Shown piece by piece: positions 48,082 to 57,797 of a stretch of 64,000 nt of DNA. A program made the translations under genes and the position numbers. Origin of the DNA: Candidatus Poribacteria bacterium (GTDB lineage: Bacteria > Poribacteria > WGA-4E > GCA-2687025); NCBI GenBank assembly GCA_963665845.2, contig OY762492.1, positions 1,120,001 to 1,184,000 of the forward strand. Reading direction: 5' to 3'. How positions within the stretch are numbered: position 1 is the stretch's first letter; the number at the start of each line of letters is the position of its first letter. The notes under the pieces are model-generated. The model saw nothing but the letters and a program-made list of their open reading frames with translations. It had not been told where the DNA came from and did no database searches.

Positions 48082-50604
48082 CTAAGCGTTCCGCCCGCAG
48101 CACAGTTTGAATTTTTTGCCGCTGCCGCATGGACAGGGCGCGTTCCGCCCCACTTTTTTGCCGGTGGAGCTGCGGGGGGCGCGTCTCTGCGGCGGCGCCG
48201 CTCCGTTGCTCTTCCCGCCGGCTGTTGGCGCGGGCTGCTGCGGCGCCGTCTGAAGCTGAACGCGGTACACATACTGCGCGGCGTCCTCATAAATGCGCGT
48301 CAACATGTTTTGAAAAAGCGCAAAGCCCTCGTTCTGAAACTCAATGAGCGGATCGCGTCCGGCGTATCCTCTAAACCCGATCCCCTCCTGAATGTAATCG
48401 ATGTTGTGAAGATGCGACATCCAGTGGTAATCGATCCGATCCAGCAGGATGAGACGCTCGATCTCGCGCATGACCTCCTCGCCCAGCTCCCGCTCCCGCT
48501 CCTCATACCGCTTCTGGAAAATCTGAAGCAGCGTCTCTTGAATCTCATCGCGCGGCGTCTCTCGGTTGATGAGATGCGCCGGCGGAGGCTCCACGCCGCA
48601 CTGCCGCTCCATCCATGTCCGCAGCGCCTCGGCGTCCCACTCCAGCTGGTCGTCTTCGGGCAGCGTCTCGTCCATCTTGGCGGTGAGCGCATCCTCCACC
48701 ATCTGGAGCATGTCTTCGCGCAGGCTTTCCTGTTCGATGGCGCGGTCGCGCAGGTCGTACACCATATCGCGCTGCTGGCTCAAAACATTGTCGTATTTGA
48801 GGATCTGTTTGCGCGCCTCAAAATGGTTCTGTTCAACCCGCTCCTGCGCCTTCTGTATCGACTTGGAGAACCACTTATGCTCCATCGGGACATCCTCTTC
48901 GATGCGGAACTTGTCCATCATCCCCGCCATGCGGTCGGAGCCGAACTTGCGCATCAGGTCGTCTTCAAGCGACAGGTAGAAACGGGAGGCGCCGGGGTCG
49001 CCTTGACGCCCAGAACGCCCGCGCAGCTGGTTGTCGATGCGCCGCGAGTCATGCCGTTCGGTTCCGATCACATACAGCCCGCCCAGTTCGAGGACGCCGT
49101 CCGCCAGTTTGATGTCCACCCCGCGGCCCGCCATATTCGTTGCGATGGTGACCGCATGTTTTTGTCCGGCATGGGCGATGATTTCGCCCTCCTTCGTATG
49201 CTCCTTCGCGTTCAGGACGCGGTGGGCGATGCCGCGCTTTGTCAGCTCGCGGCTGAATTCAACCGACGCTTCAATGGAGATGGTGCCGACCAGAACAGGG
49301 CGGCCCGCGTTGAAATTCTCCGCTATGTCGTTGATGACCGCTTGTACCTTGCCTCGATGGTTGCGGAAGACCAGGTCGTCGCGGTCGTCCCGGATCATCG
49401 GCATGTTGGTCGGCACGACGACCACATCCAGCCCGTAGATTTGGTGAAACTCGCTCGCTTCGGTCGCCGCGGTACCTGTCATCCCAGACAGCTTTTCGTA
49501 CATGCGGAAATAGTTTTGAAAGGTGATGCGCGCCACCGTCTGGCTCTCTTCGACGATGCGCACCTTTTCTTTCGCCTCAATCGCTTGATGCAGCCCGTCG
49601 CTGAACCGGCGCTCCGGCTGCATGCGCCCCGTGAACTCGTCCACGATGACGACCCGCCCGTCTGTCACCACATAATCCACATCGTTTTGGTACAGATAAT
49701 GCGCGTTCACTGACTGCATGATGTGATGCAGCAGGTCGATATTTTCAGGGTCGTACAGGTTTTTTAAAGAGAAAGCGTTTTCAAGCAGGTCGATGCCGTC
49801 GTCGGTCAAGGAGGCGGAGCCGCGCTTGGAGCGTTTTTCATCGATCTCAAAATGCTTCTCTTTTTTCAAACGGGAGACGACGCGCGCGATGCGCGGATAT
49901 TCCGCTTTCTCCTTCCGCCGCTCCGAGATGATATGCGGCGTCCGCGCCTCGTCAATCAGGATGGAGTCCACCTCATCCACGATGGAGTAATGCAGTTCCC
50001 GCTGCGTCTTCTCTTCGATGGAGCGGGCGCTGCTGTGGTCGCGCAGATAATCGAACCCGAACTCGGAATTGGTGCCGTAGGTGATGTCGCATTCGTACGC
50101 CGCTTTTTTGACGCTTCGGGGGCGCCCCTCTAGGGTGATTCCGACCGTCATGCCGAGCGCCTTGTAGATCTGCCCCATCCAGTCGGCGTCTCTCTGCGCC
50201 AGAAACTCGTTCACCGTCACGACATGGACGCCGCGCCCGGTCAGCGCGTTCAGATAAACAGGCATCGTGGAGGTGAGCGTCTTGCCCTCCCCCGTCCGCA
50301 TTTCGGCGATGCGCCCTTGATGAAGAACAACTGCGCCGAGAATCTGAACGTCATACGGACGCTCGCCAATCTGCCGCCATGCCGTTTCGCGCACCACAGC
50401 GAACGCCTCCGGCAACAGATCGTCGGTCGTTTCGCCGTTGGAGAGCCGTTCCCGAAATTCTGCCGTCTTTCCCGACAGCTGTTCGTCTGTCAGGTTTTTC
50501 ACTGACGGCTCCAGCGCGTTCACCCGCTCCACAACATGGCGCAGTTTTTTCAGGTCGCGGTCGTTTTTCGATCCGACAATTTTTTCCAATACGTAGCCTA
50601 ACAT
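48082..50604 (-). CDS. secA: Preprotein translocase ATPase SecA
   Basis: AEMRTGEGKT; VDEVDSILIDEARTP; IATNMAGRG; RRIDNQLRGRSGRQGDPG; C-terminal SEC-C GRNAPCPCGSGKKFKLCC. Confidence 0.98.
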   Translation of the reverse strand: MLGYVLEKIVGSKNDRDLKKLRHVVERVNALEPSVKNLTDEQLSGKTAEFRERLSNGETTDDLLPEAFAVVRETAWRQIGERPYDVQILGAVVLHQGRIAEMRTGEGKTLTSTMPVYLNALTGRGVHVVTVNEFLAQRDADWMGQIYKALGMTVGITLEGRPRSVKKAAYECDITYGTNSEFGFDYLRDHSSARSIEEKTQRELHYSIVDEVDSILIDEARTPHIISERRKEKAEYPRIARVVSRLKKEKHFEIDEKRSKRGSASLTDDGIDLLENAFSLKNLYDPENIDLLHHIMQSVNAHYLYQNDVDYVVTDGRVVIVDEFTGRMQPERRFSDGLHQAIEAKEKVRIVEESQTVARITFQNYFRMYEKLSGMTGTAATEASEFHQIYGLDVVVVPTNMPMIRDDRDDLVFRNHRGKVQAVINDIAENFNAGRPVLVGTISIEASVEFSRELTKRGIAHRVLNAKEHTKEGEIIAHAGQKHAVTIATNMAGRGVDIKLADGVLELGGLYVIGTERHDSRRIDNQLRGRSGRQGDPGASRFYLSLEDDLMRKFGSDRMAGMMDKFRIEEDVPMEHKWFSKSIQKAQERVEQNHFEARKQILKYDNVLSQQRDMVYDLRDRAIEQESLREDMLQMVEDALTAKMDETLPEDDQLEWDAEALRTWMERQCGVEPPPAHLINRETPRDEIQETLLQIFQKRYEERERELGEEVMREIERLILLDRIDYHWMSHLHNIDYIQEGIGFRGYAGRDPLIEFQNEGFALFQNMLTRIYEDAAQYVYRVQLQTAPQQPAPTAGGKSNGAAPPQRRAPRSSTGKKVGRNAPCPCGSGKKFKLCCGRNA

Positions 50605-51551
50605 GGCTCTACCTCGCCTTTCGCCTCCCCGTTCCTGCCGCTCTTCATTAAAACGTTGTCTCCCCAAATTCGTTGCCTTAAATCGATATAGATGATCGCG
50701 TTGCCGACCGAGACGCCGCTAAAGAGATACGCAGCGGACGCCCATAAGGTCAAGATCAACACGGACGCGCCGATCCAAACCCCAATCTGAAGCGGCAATT
50801 CATCAAGCGGCGCCGGCGGAGCCGACAACGAGAAAAAGCTGCCGAACAACGCAACAGACGCCTCCGCTATCCCGCCCAGCGCTGCAGCCTGCGTCAACAA
50901 AAACAGCCCCGCCAACGACGCCCCCGCAAAGAGAGACGCCGACAGCGCCGACATGAGCAGCGCGGCAACCTCATAAAAAAGAACGCGCCATCCCTGCGAC
51001 CAGCACATGACAACCAGCTGGTAGGAGGTTTCCATGCCGCTCTCTCCGCTGACGCCTGCGATAGACGGCAGCAACAGCAGACCGAACATCCATACAAACA
51101 GCGAGAACATCAGCAGCAAACCGACCAACAGCCCCGGTATGAGCGTCAGCATTCCCAGCCCCGTCCACCAGTTGCCGAGAAGTTTGCCGAGCGCCCCGCC
51201 GAGATACGCCAGTCCAAGAAGCGCCGCCGGTAGGAGCGTCAAGACGGCGAGCGGCGCCAGTACCGCTTTGAGCGTCCGCCAGGACGCCCGTTTTGCCTCC
51301 GCAAAAAAATCGCCCTCCAGCTGAAGGATCGTCAAGCGCGCCGAGGCGGCAGAGCCAGGGATCGCCGCCAGAGCCGCCGCGGCGCACACCAGCGCCGTCT
51401 TCATCGGCGTGAACGGACCCCAGAACCGCGCAACCGCCCATATGACCGCCAACGCCGCCAACGCCCCCGGCGCATGCAGCGCCATCTTCCGATCCGAGAA
51501 CGCCCATCTAGGGATATTGAGCAGGTCAAGCGCGCCGCCTCGCAGGCTCAT
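50598..51551 (-). CDS. Hypothetical multi-pass membrane protein
   Basis: About 7 hydrophobic segments; fills the gap between dapA and secA on the same strand. Confidence 0.65.
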   Translation of the reverse strand: MSLRGGALDLLNIPRWAFSDRKMALHAPGALAALAVIWAVARFWGPFTPMKTALVCAAAALAAIPGSAASARLTILQLEGDFFAEAKRASWRTLKAVLAPLAVLTLLPAALLGLAYLGGALGKLLGNWWTGLGMLTLIPGLLVGLLLMFSLFVWMFGLLLLPSIAGVSGESGMETSYQLVVMCWSQGWRVLFYEVAALLMSALSASLFAGASLAGLFLLTQAAALGGIAEASVALFGSFFSLSAPPAPLDELPLQIGVWIGASVLILTLWASAAYLFSGVSVGNAIIYIDLRQRIWGDNVLMKSGRNGEAKGEVEPC

Positions 51552-51564
51552 GCGTCCACCTTAT

Positions 51565-52443
51565 TTAAAGCAGCCCCGCCGACGCGAGCGTCTCCCGCAG
51601 GACCGCTTCGTTGGCAGGCGACATTTCGCAAAGCGGCAGCCGCAAGACTCCGTTGAGCATACCCATCATTTTGAGCGCCGTTTTCGCAGGGATCGGATTC
51701 GTTTCGATGAACAGGTCTCTCGCCAGCGGGTACAGCGCATGATGCAGTTTTTGCGCTTCGCCGAGGGCGCCTTCCAACGCGGCGGCGCACATGCGCGCCG
51801 TCTCCGCCGGCGCGACATTGGCGACGACCGAAATGACGCCGCTCGCGCCGACGCAGATCATCGGAAAGGTGACGCTGTCCTCGCCGCTCAAGACGACAAA
51901 CGCTTCGTTTTTCGCCGCCAAGACGACATCGCTTGTCCGCGCCAAATTGCCGGTCGCTTCCTTGACGCCGACAATGTTTTCATGCTCCGCCAGGCGCGCG
52001 ATGGTTTCCGGCAGCAGGTCGGCGCCGGTGCGCCCTGGGACATTGTACATGACGATCGGAATGTCGGCGGAGTCGGCGACAGCGAGAAAGTGCCGCCGCA
52101 TGCCTTCCTGCGTCGGTTTATTGTAGTAGGGCGTGATGACGAGCGCGCCGTCCGCGCCGGCTGACTCCGCATGCCGCGTGAGCCGAATCGCTTCCTCGGT
52201 CGAGTTGGAGCCTGAACCGGCGATGACCTGTATTCTGCCGTCCGCCGCTTCAATCGTCTCGGCGACGACCCTGTCATGCTCATCGTGCGACAATGTCGGC
52301 GATTCGCCTGTCGTGCCGCATGGGACGATCCCGTCTGTTCCATGTTCGATATGGAATTCAATCAGTTCGCGCAATTTCGGCAGGTCTAAAGCGCCGTCGT
52401 CAGTGAACGGCGTGACCAAGGCGACGAACGATCCGCGAAACAT
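51565..52443 (-). CDS. dapA: 4-hydroxy-tetrahydrodipicolinate synthase
   Basis: ALVTPF; CGTTGESPTL; TPYYNKP; YNVPGRTG; VKEATG; ETNPIP. Confidence 0.98.
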   Translation of the reverse strand: MFRGSFVALVTPFTDDGALDLPKLRELIEFHIEHGTDGIVPCGTTGESPTLSHDEHDRVVAETIEAADGRIQVIAGSGSNSTEEAIRLTRHAESAGADGALVITPYYNKPTQEGMRRHFLAVADSADIPIVMYNVPGRTGADLLPETIARLAEHENIVGVKEATGNLARTSDVVLAAKNEAFVVLSGEDSVTFPMICVGASGVISVVANVAPAETARMCAAALEGALGEAQKLHHALYPLARDLFIETNPIPAKTALKMMGMLNGVLRLPLCEMSPANEAVLRETLASAGLL

Positions 52444-52504
52444 CTTTATCCCTCCGTTTATTCGGCAACGCTATAAGAATAGCAAAGATATGCCGGAAAC
52501 GCAA

Positions 52505-52820
52505 GCGCAGTCGCCGCGCCCGCCCTTTAAACCCCCCTAACCCCCCTTTTCAAGGGGGGAATCGGAGGCGGGGGCGCTTTTCAAGGGGGAATCGGAGGCG
52601 GGGGCTGCAATGCCTTAAGATTCCCGCCCGTGCGGTGAAACGCGCGGGAATCTTAACCGCTGTTGTCTGAACTAGGATTGCCAAGATTGAAAAGATTGCC
52701 AAGAAAATTCCCGCGCCCCGCTCATCTTGGCAATCTTAATCATCCTTCAATCCTAGTTCAAAACAGACTTCGACCAGCGCTGAAAACCCCCCAGCCCCCC
52801 TTTTCAAGGGGGGAATCCAG
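52505..52820. repeat. Composite intergenic repeat cluster: duplicated CTTTTCAAGGGGG(G)AATCGGAGGCGGGGG, expanded-loop palindrome, long AT-rich hairpin (52664-52765), C/G hairpin
   Basis: Modules match those at 26145-26305, 24980-25075 and 36466-36745. Confidence 0.85.
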
Positions 52821-52895
52821 AAACCCCGCGCCCTACCCGCCGTCATTGCGCTGCTCACCATTGCCGCCCTTAAGGATAAGCTCGAAACATCCCGC

Positions 52896-52924
52896 TTTAC
52901 ATTCGCCCCGACTTATGCCACAAT
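52896..52924 (+). promoter_or_regulatory. Putative sigma70 promoter of the molybdoenzyme operon
   Basis: TTTACA-N17-CACAAT with a TG extension. Confidence 0.5.
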
Positions 52925-52961
52925 GCATGCGGTTATGAAGCGATCCGAAGGAGGAATCGTA

Positions 52962-53834
52962 TTGAAGGACATTGAATATGCCGCGCCTCGGTCTCTTGAC
53001 GAAGCGGCGGCGATCCTGAATGAACGCGGCGACCGCGCCAAGCCGCTTGCCGGGGGGACCGACATCATCGTTCAGGTGAGAGAAGCGCGCCGCGGCATCG
53101 ACATACTCGTTGACGTCAAAAAAATACCTGAACTTGCCGCGATTCATTTCGACCGCGGCGAGGGGCTGACGCTCGGCGCCGCCGTCCCGTGTTACCAGAT
53201 CTACAACAACGCGGAGGTCGCGCAGGCGTATCCAGGGCTGATCGACGCGGCGACGCTGATCGGATCCGCGCAGATACAGGGGCGCGCCAGCGTCGGCGGC
53301 AACCTGTGCAACGCCTCGCCCGCCGCGGACACGGTCTGCCCGCTGATTGTTCATAGCGCCGTCTGCAGCATATACGGACCGGACGGCTCCCGTACCGTTC
53401 CGGTTGAGGAGTTCTGCTCCGCGCCCGGTCAGACCGTCTTGAAACAGGGGGAGTTTCTGGTTGCTGTGACGCTTCCGCCGCCGAAACCGAACGCCGCCGG
53501 ACGCTATCTGCGTTTTATTCCGCGCAACGAGATGGACATCGCTGTCGCGGGAGCCGCCGCTTATGTGGAGCTGGAGAACGGGCGGATCGGTTCGGCGCGC
53601 GTTGCGTTGGCTGCGGTGGCGCCGACTCCGCTTTATGTCGCTGAAATCGGCGAACGGCTGGCGGGTCGAGAGATCACAGACGAGGCGCTGCGGGAAGCCG
53701 GCGAGACCGCCCGCGCCGCCGCAAGACCCATCGACGATATGCGCGGAACCGCTGAACATCGTAAAGAGCTGTGCGCCGTTTTGACGCGGCGCGCGTTGAA
53801 AGGCGCCATCGAACGAGCGCAGGAGAATGCATAA
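52962..53834 (+). CDS. Xanthine dehydrogenase family FAD-binding (medium, CoxM-like) subunit
   Basis: PLAGGTD; ASVGGNLCNASPAAD; PIDDMRGTAEHR; AAGGAGG RBS before TTG 52962. Confidence 0.92.
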   Translation: MKDIEYAAPRSLDEAAAILNERGDRAKPLAGGTDIIVQVREARRGIDILVDVKKIPELAAIHFDRGEGLTLGAAVPCYQIYNNAEVAQAYPGLIDAATLIGSAQIQGRASVGGNLCNASPAADTVCPLIVHSAVCSIYGPDGSRTVPVEEFCSAPGQTVLKQGEFLVAVTLPPPKPNAAGRYLRFIPRNEMDIAVAGAAAYVELENGRIGSARVALAAVAPTPLYVAEIGERLAGREITDEALREAGETARAAARPIDDMRGTAEHRKELCAVLTRRALKGAIERAQENA

Positions 53835-54326
53835 ATGGCTGAAAAAAGACGCGTACAATTCATCGTGAACGGCGACAAAGCGGAGGTCTACTGCGCCCCG
53901 CGGGAAAGCCTGCTGGAAGCGCTGCGCGACCATCTCTACCTCACCGGAACGAAAGAAGGGTGCAACAACGGAAACTGCGGCGCATGCACCGTCCAGCTGA
54001 ACGACCGCATCATCGACTCATGCTTGGTTCTCGCCGTCGAATGCGACGGGGACGAAGTGTTGACCGTTGAAGGTCTCGCCGACGAGAACGGGCTTCACCC
54101 TGTCCAGCAGGCGTTTTTGGAACATGCGGCGCTCCAGTGCGGCGTCTGCACGCCCGGCTTCCTTGTCGCATCGAAGGCGCTACTGGACGCGAACCCGAAT
54201 CCGACCGAGCATGAATTGCGTTACTTTTTAGCTGGCAACCTGTGCAGATGCACCGGATACGATAAGATTGTCCGCGCTGTCATGGCGGCGGCGCAAACCA
54301 TGCAGGAGAACAATCATGGCGGCTGA
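53835..54326 (+). CDS. Xanthine dehydrogenase family 2Fe-2S (small, CoxS-like) subunit
   Basis: GTKEGCNNGNCGACTV; QCGVCTPG; GNLCRCTGY. Confidence 0.95.
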   Translation: MAEKRRVQFIVNGDKAEVYCAPRESLLEALRDHLYLTGTKEGCNNGNCGACTVQLNDRIIDSCLVLAVECDGDEVLTVEGLADENGLHPVQQAFLEHAALQCGVCTPGFLVASKALLDANPNPTEHELRYFLAGNLCRCTGYDKIVRAVMAAAQTMQENNHGG

Positions 54327-56577
54327 TAAAAAATACCGCGTCGTCGGCACGCGCCCCATTCGCCACGACGGCGTCGACAAAGTAACCGGCGAAGCGCGGT
54401 ACGGAGCCGACATCCATCTTCCCGGTATGCTCCACGGCAAAGCGCTGCGAAGCCCGCATGCCCACGCGCGCATACTCAAAATCGACACCAGCAGGGCGGA
54501 GGCGCACCCTGATGTCAAAGCGGTCATCACGGGAGTCGATCTGCCGCAGGTTGCCGACAAGGTTCAAGACCTCGGCGAAATGGTCGTCAACCTGAAAGAC
54601 GAAAGCAACCGCGTTTTGGCGACCGGGAAGGTTCTTTATGAAGGGCATCCGGTCGCCGCCCTTGCCGCGACCGATCCGCATACGGCTGAAGAAGCGCTGC
54701 AACTGATCGACGTTGAGTACGAGCCGCTTCCGCCGGTCTTAGACGTCCGAAAAGCGCTGGAGCCGGACGCGCCGCTGCTCAATCCGCGGCAGCGCGGCGA
54801 CGACGGCAATCCGAGCAACCTTGCCCGCCATTTTCGGCATGAGCGCGGCAACATTGAACGCGGTTTTGCCGAAGCGGATACGGTGATCGAACGCGAATTT
54901 ATCACCTCCATGATCCATCAAGGCTACATCGAACTTCAAAACGGAACCGCGCATATCACGCCGGACGGACGGCTCACCATCTGGTGCAGTTCGCAGGGCG
55001 CGTTCAGCATACGGGATCAGGTCGCCAACATCTGCAAGATTCCGCTTTCGATGATCAAGGTGGTGCCGATGGAGATTGGCGGCGGTTTTGGCGGAAAGAC
55101 GGGCGTTTACCTGGAGCCGCTGGCGGCGATTCTCGCCCAAAAATCGCGCAAGCCGGTCAAAATGACGATGACGCGCGCCGAGGTGTTGACGGCGACCGGT
55201 CCCACCTCCGGCTCCTACATCACATGCAAAATGGGCGTGAAAGAGGACGGAACGCTCACCGCCGCCCATGTGGAGCTGTTTTATGAAGCGGGCGCCTTCC
55301 CTGGTTCGCCTGTCGGCGCCGCGTCCGGGACATGCCTCGCGCCGTTCAAGCTGGACAATGTGCGCATCGACGGGTACGACATTTTGGTGAACAAGCCCAG
55401 AACGGGGGCGTACCGCGCCCCTGGCGCCACGAACGCCGCCTTCGCTACAGAGGGCGTCGTCAGCGAGCTGGCTGAAGCGATCGGAATGGACCCTCTTGAG
55501 CTGCGCGCAAAGAATTCTGTTCAACAGGGAGACCGGCGCGCCGACGGACCCATGTTTGCGAAAATCGGTCATGTCGAAACGCTGGACGCGACCGCCATGT
55601 CGCCCCACTGGAACGAACCGCTGGAGCCGAGCGCGGATCCCGCCAAAAAACGGGGGCGGGGAATCGCCAGCGGGTTCTGGTTCAACGGCGCCGGCGCCGC
55701 GACCGCGTCCATCTCCGTCTACGCCGACGGCACGGTCAGCCTCATTGAAGGCTCGGCGGACATCGGCGGACACCGCGCCTCATGCGCCATGATCGCCGCC
55801 GAAGTACTCGGACTGAACGCCGAAGATGTGAAGCCGCAGGTCGGCGACACGGACAGCATCGGCTACACCAGCGTCACGGGCGGAAGCAGCGCGACGCACA
55901 AAACAGGATGGGCGACGCACGAAGCCGCCTTGAAAGTGAAAGCGGAGGTCGTCAACCGCGCCGCCAAAATGCTGGAGGTCGATCCCGATGAGATCGAGTA
56001 CCATGAGGACGCGACGATCAGCGCCGCCTCCAAGCCGGACGCGAAACTGACCTTCGCGCAGGTTGCCGCGCGGGCAAACTCCACCGGCGGACCGATCGTC
56101 GGAGAAGCGGGGCTGTCAACCGGCGGCGCCGGCAACGCCTTCGGAACGACCATCGTCGACGTGGAGGTGGATGTGGAAACGGGCAAGGTGGACATCCTGC
56201 GCTGCACAATGGTTCAGGATGTCGGCAAGGCGATTCATCCGAGTTATGTTGAAGGGCAGATGCAGGGCGGCGCCGTCCAAGGCATCGGGTGGGCGTTGAG
56301 CGAAGAGTATGTGTACGGCGAGGACGGGCGGATGCTGAACGCGAGCCTGCTGGACTACCGCATGCCGACGATGCTGGACACGCCGCTCATTGAGACGATC
56401 ATGGTGGAGGTTGCCAACCCCGCCCATCCATACGGGGTGCGCGGCGTCGGGGAGGTGCCGATTGTGCCGCCGGTCGCCGCCATCGCCGAGGCGATCTACA
56501 ACGCGACGGGCGTTCGGATGTATCAAGCGCCGATGAACCCCGCCTATGTGTTGAGCCGCATACAGGGCAAGGCGTGA
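54316..56577 (+). CDS. Xanthine dehydrogenase family molybdopterin-binding (large) subunit, substrate unknown
   Basis: KVTGEARY; RSPHAHA; GGGFGGK; AYRAPG; GQMQGG..QGIGWAL; GVGE catalytic Glu. Confidence 0.93.
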   Translation: MAADKKYRVVGTRPIRHDGVDKVTGEARYGADIHLPGMLHGKALRSPHAHARILKIDTSRAEAHPDVKAVITGVDLPQVADKVQDLGEMVVNLKDESNRVLATGKVLYEGHPVAALAATDPHTAEEALQLIDVEYEPLPPVLDVRKALEPDAPLLNPRQRGDDGNPSNLARHFRHERGNIERGFAEADTVIEREFITSMIHQGYIELQNGTAHITPDGRLTIWCSSQGAFSIRDQVANICKIPLSMIKVVPMEIGGGFGGKTGVYLEPLAAILAQKSRKPVKMTMTRAEVLTATGPTSGSYITCKMGVKEDGTLTAAHVELFYEAGAFPGSPVGAASGTCLAPFKLDNVRIDGYDILVNKPRTGAYRAPGATNAAFATEGVVSELAEAIGMDPLELRAKNSVQQGDRRADGPMFAKIGHVETLDATAMSPHWNEPLEPSADPAKKRGRGIASGFWFNGAGAATASISVYADGTVSLIEGSADIGGHRASCAMIAAEVLGLNAEDVKPQVGDTDSIGYTSVTGGSSATHKTGWATHEAALKVKAEVVNRAAKMLEVDPDEIEYHEDATISAASKPDAKLTFAQVAARANSTGGPIVGEAGLSTGGAGNAFGTTIVDVEVDVETGKVDILRCTMVQDVGKAIHPSYVEGQMQGGAVQGIGWALSEEYVYGEDGRMLNASLLDYRMPTMLDTPLIETIMVEVANPAHPYGVRGVGEVPIVPPVAAIAEAIYNATGVRMYQAPMNPAYVLSRIQGKA

Positions 56578-56592
56578 AATCAAGCCGCGTCT

Positions 56593-56920
56593 CTGACCTC
56601 ATAAGGCGCCGCCAACCAATCCGTCATTCCCGCTTTCTCCCCTCGTCATTCCCGCGCAAGCGGGAATCTAGAGGAGTCGCGGAAGACGTCCGCGTTCCCA
56701 TGCCCAATGAATCGGAAAAAAGCCTCGTCAACCGGATCGTCATTCCCGTGTAAGCGGGAATCTAGAGGAGTCGCGGAAGACGTCCGCGTTCCCATGCCGA
56801 ATGAATCGGAAAAAAGCCTCGTCAACCGGATCGTCATTCCCGCGCAAGCGGGAATCTAGAGGCGCCGCAGAAACCGTCCGCGTCGCCCGCCGGAATGTCC
56901 CAACGAAAGAGTAAGGTCAG
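56593..56920. mobile_element. Rearranged family-A-like element containing a 94-bp tandem repeat (units start at 56645, 56739, 56833)
   Basis: Right end ATGTCCCAAC...AGGTCAG; short left CTGACCTCA; each unit contains GTCATTCCCG-N-CGGGAATC; no target duplication seen. Confidence 0.65.
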
Positions 56921-56931
56921 CGCGGAGACGG

Positions 56932-56960
56932 TTGACATTGCCGGCTAGTTTTTGTATCAT
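56932..56960 (+). promoter_or_regulatory. Putative sigma70 promoter
   Basis: TTGACA-N17-TATCAT with TG extension, 26 nt upstream of ATG 56987. Confidence 0.7.
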
Positions 56961-56986
56961 AGGGCGGCAGTCTTTGGAGAGACATC

Positions 56987-57760
56987 ATGCAGCGACGAAC
57001 ACGGATCGGCATTGGGGCATGCATGGCGGTTGCCGCGTTATGCTGGGCTGGATGCGGCGCGCTCAACAAGCAGCTGCTGGATTATGCGACCGTTGACGCC
57101 GGCGCGACCATCAAAGCGATCGGCTCCAGCGGCGACCGATCAGCCGCATCGCTCATCAACGGAGTCAAGGATTCGTCCAAATGGAGCGAGGGGGAAGGCT
57201 GGGAATACACATGGCGGCGGGGCGGAAACGAGCGCGCTGGATCAAACCGGAATCAGGGCGGAGTTATCGAAACCGCTATCCGTAAAGGCAGCCCATGGGT
57301 CATTATTAAATTTAACAAGCCCCGGCGCATCAATCAGATTGTCATTCATGAGGCAAACGCGCCGGGCGCGCCCGCGGTCGGCATCGAAAACGCTTTCCTG
57401 CAAGTGCGCGACATGGACGACGACCTTCGTCCTTGGAAGACGGTTGGGATGGTTAAAAGCGGCTGGGGGCTGATACCCGGTCGGCAGCCGTTTAAGATGA
57501 AACAGGTCTCAAAGTTTCTTTTCAACACGGTGAAAACGGACCAGGTGCGCGTCGTCATCAACACGATGGCGGAGAAAAAGCGGGCGCAGGCGGAGAACTC
57601 TCAAAACGATCGTCGAAGGACGGAGAAGGCGATCGTCATGACAGTGCGCCTGATGGAAATCGAAGTGAAAGGCTCTGAAGCGGACATGTCAAGCGGCGAA
57701 TCCAGCGCTGAAGCGTCCAGCGGCGGCAAGGAGAAGAGCGCGGTGAAGGAGTCGATGTAG
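56987..57760 (+). CDS. Hypothetical lipoprotein, possible discoidin/galactose-binding-like domain
   Basis: Lipobox WAGC; WVIIKF..PRRINQIVI, F..VKTDQVRV and final RLMEIEV resemble F5/8-type C strands. Confidence 0.6.
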   Translation: MQRRTRIGIGACMAVAALCWAGCGALNKQLLDYATVDAGATIKAIGSSGDRSAASLINGVKDSSKWSEGEGWEYTWRRGGNERAGSNRNQGGVIETAIRKGSPWVIIKFNKPRRINQIVIHEANAPGAPAVGIENAFLQVRDMDDDLRPWKTVGMVKSGWGLIPGRQPFKMKQVSKFLFNTVKTDQVRVVINTMAEKKRAQAENSQNDRRRTEKAIVMTVRLMEIEVKGSEADMSSGESSAEASSGGKEKSAVKESM

Positions 57761-57797
57761 TCCGAGCGCATTCGACGGAACGTTCGCTCACTTGTTC

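Noticed and set aside
48310-49713. Long antisense ORF (467 aa), and similar ones at 12525-13628, 52833-53933, 54739-55773 and 59468-60838
   Set aside because: They lie opposite well-supported genes; stop-poor antisense frames are expected in GC-rich DNA; no motifs
54316-56577. Aerobic CO dehydrogenase CoxL
   Set aside because: Lacks AYxCSFR (no Cu-ligating Cys) and AYxGAGR; no coxDEFG nearby
56645-56880. Regularly spaced palindromic repeats resembling a CRISPR array
   Set aside because: The intervening sequences are near-identical rather than unique spacers, the palindrome is dispersed throughout the window, and there are no cas genes
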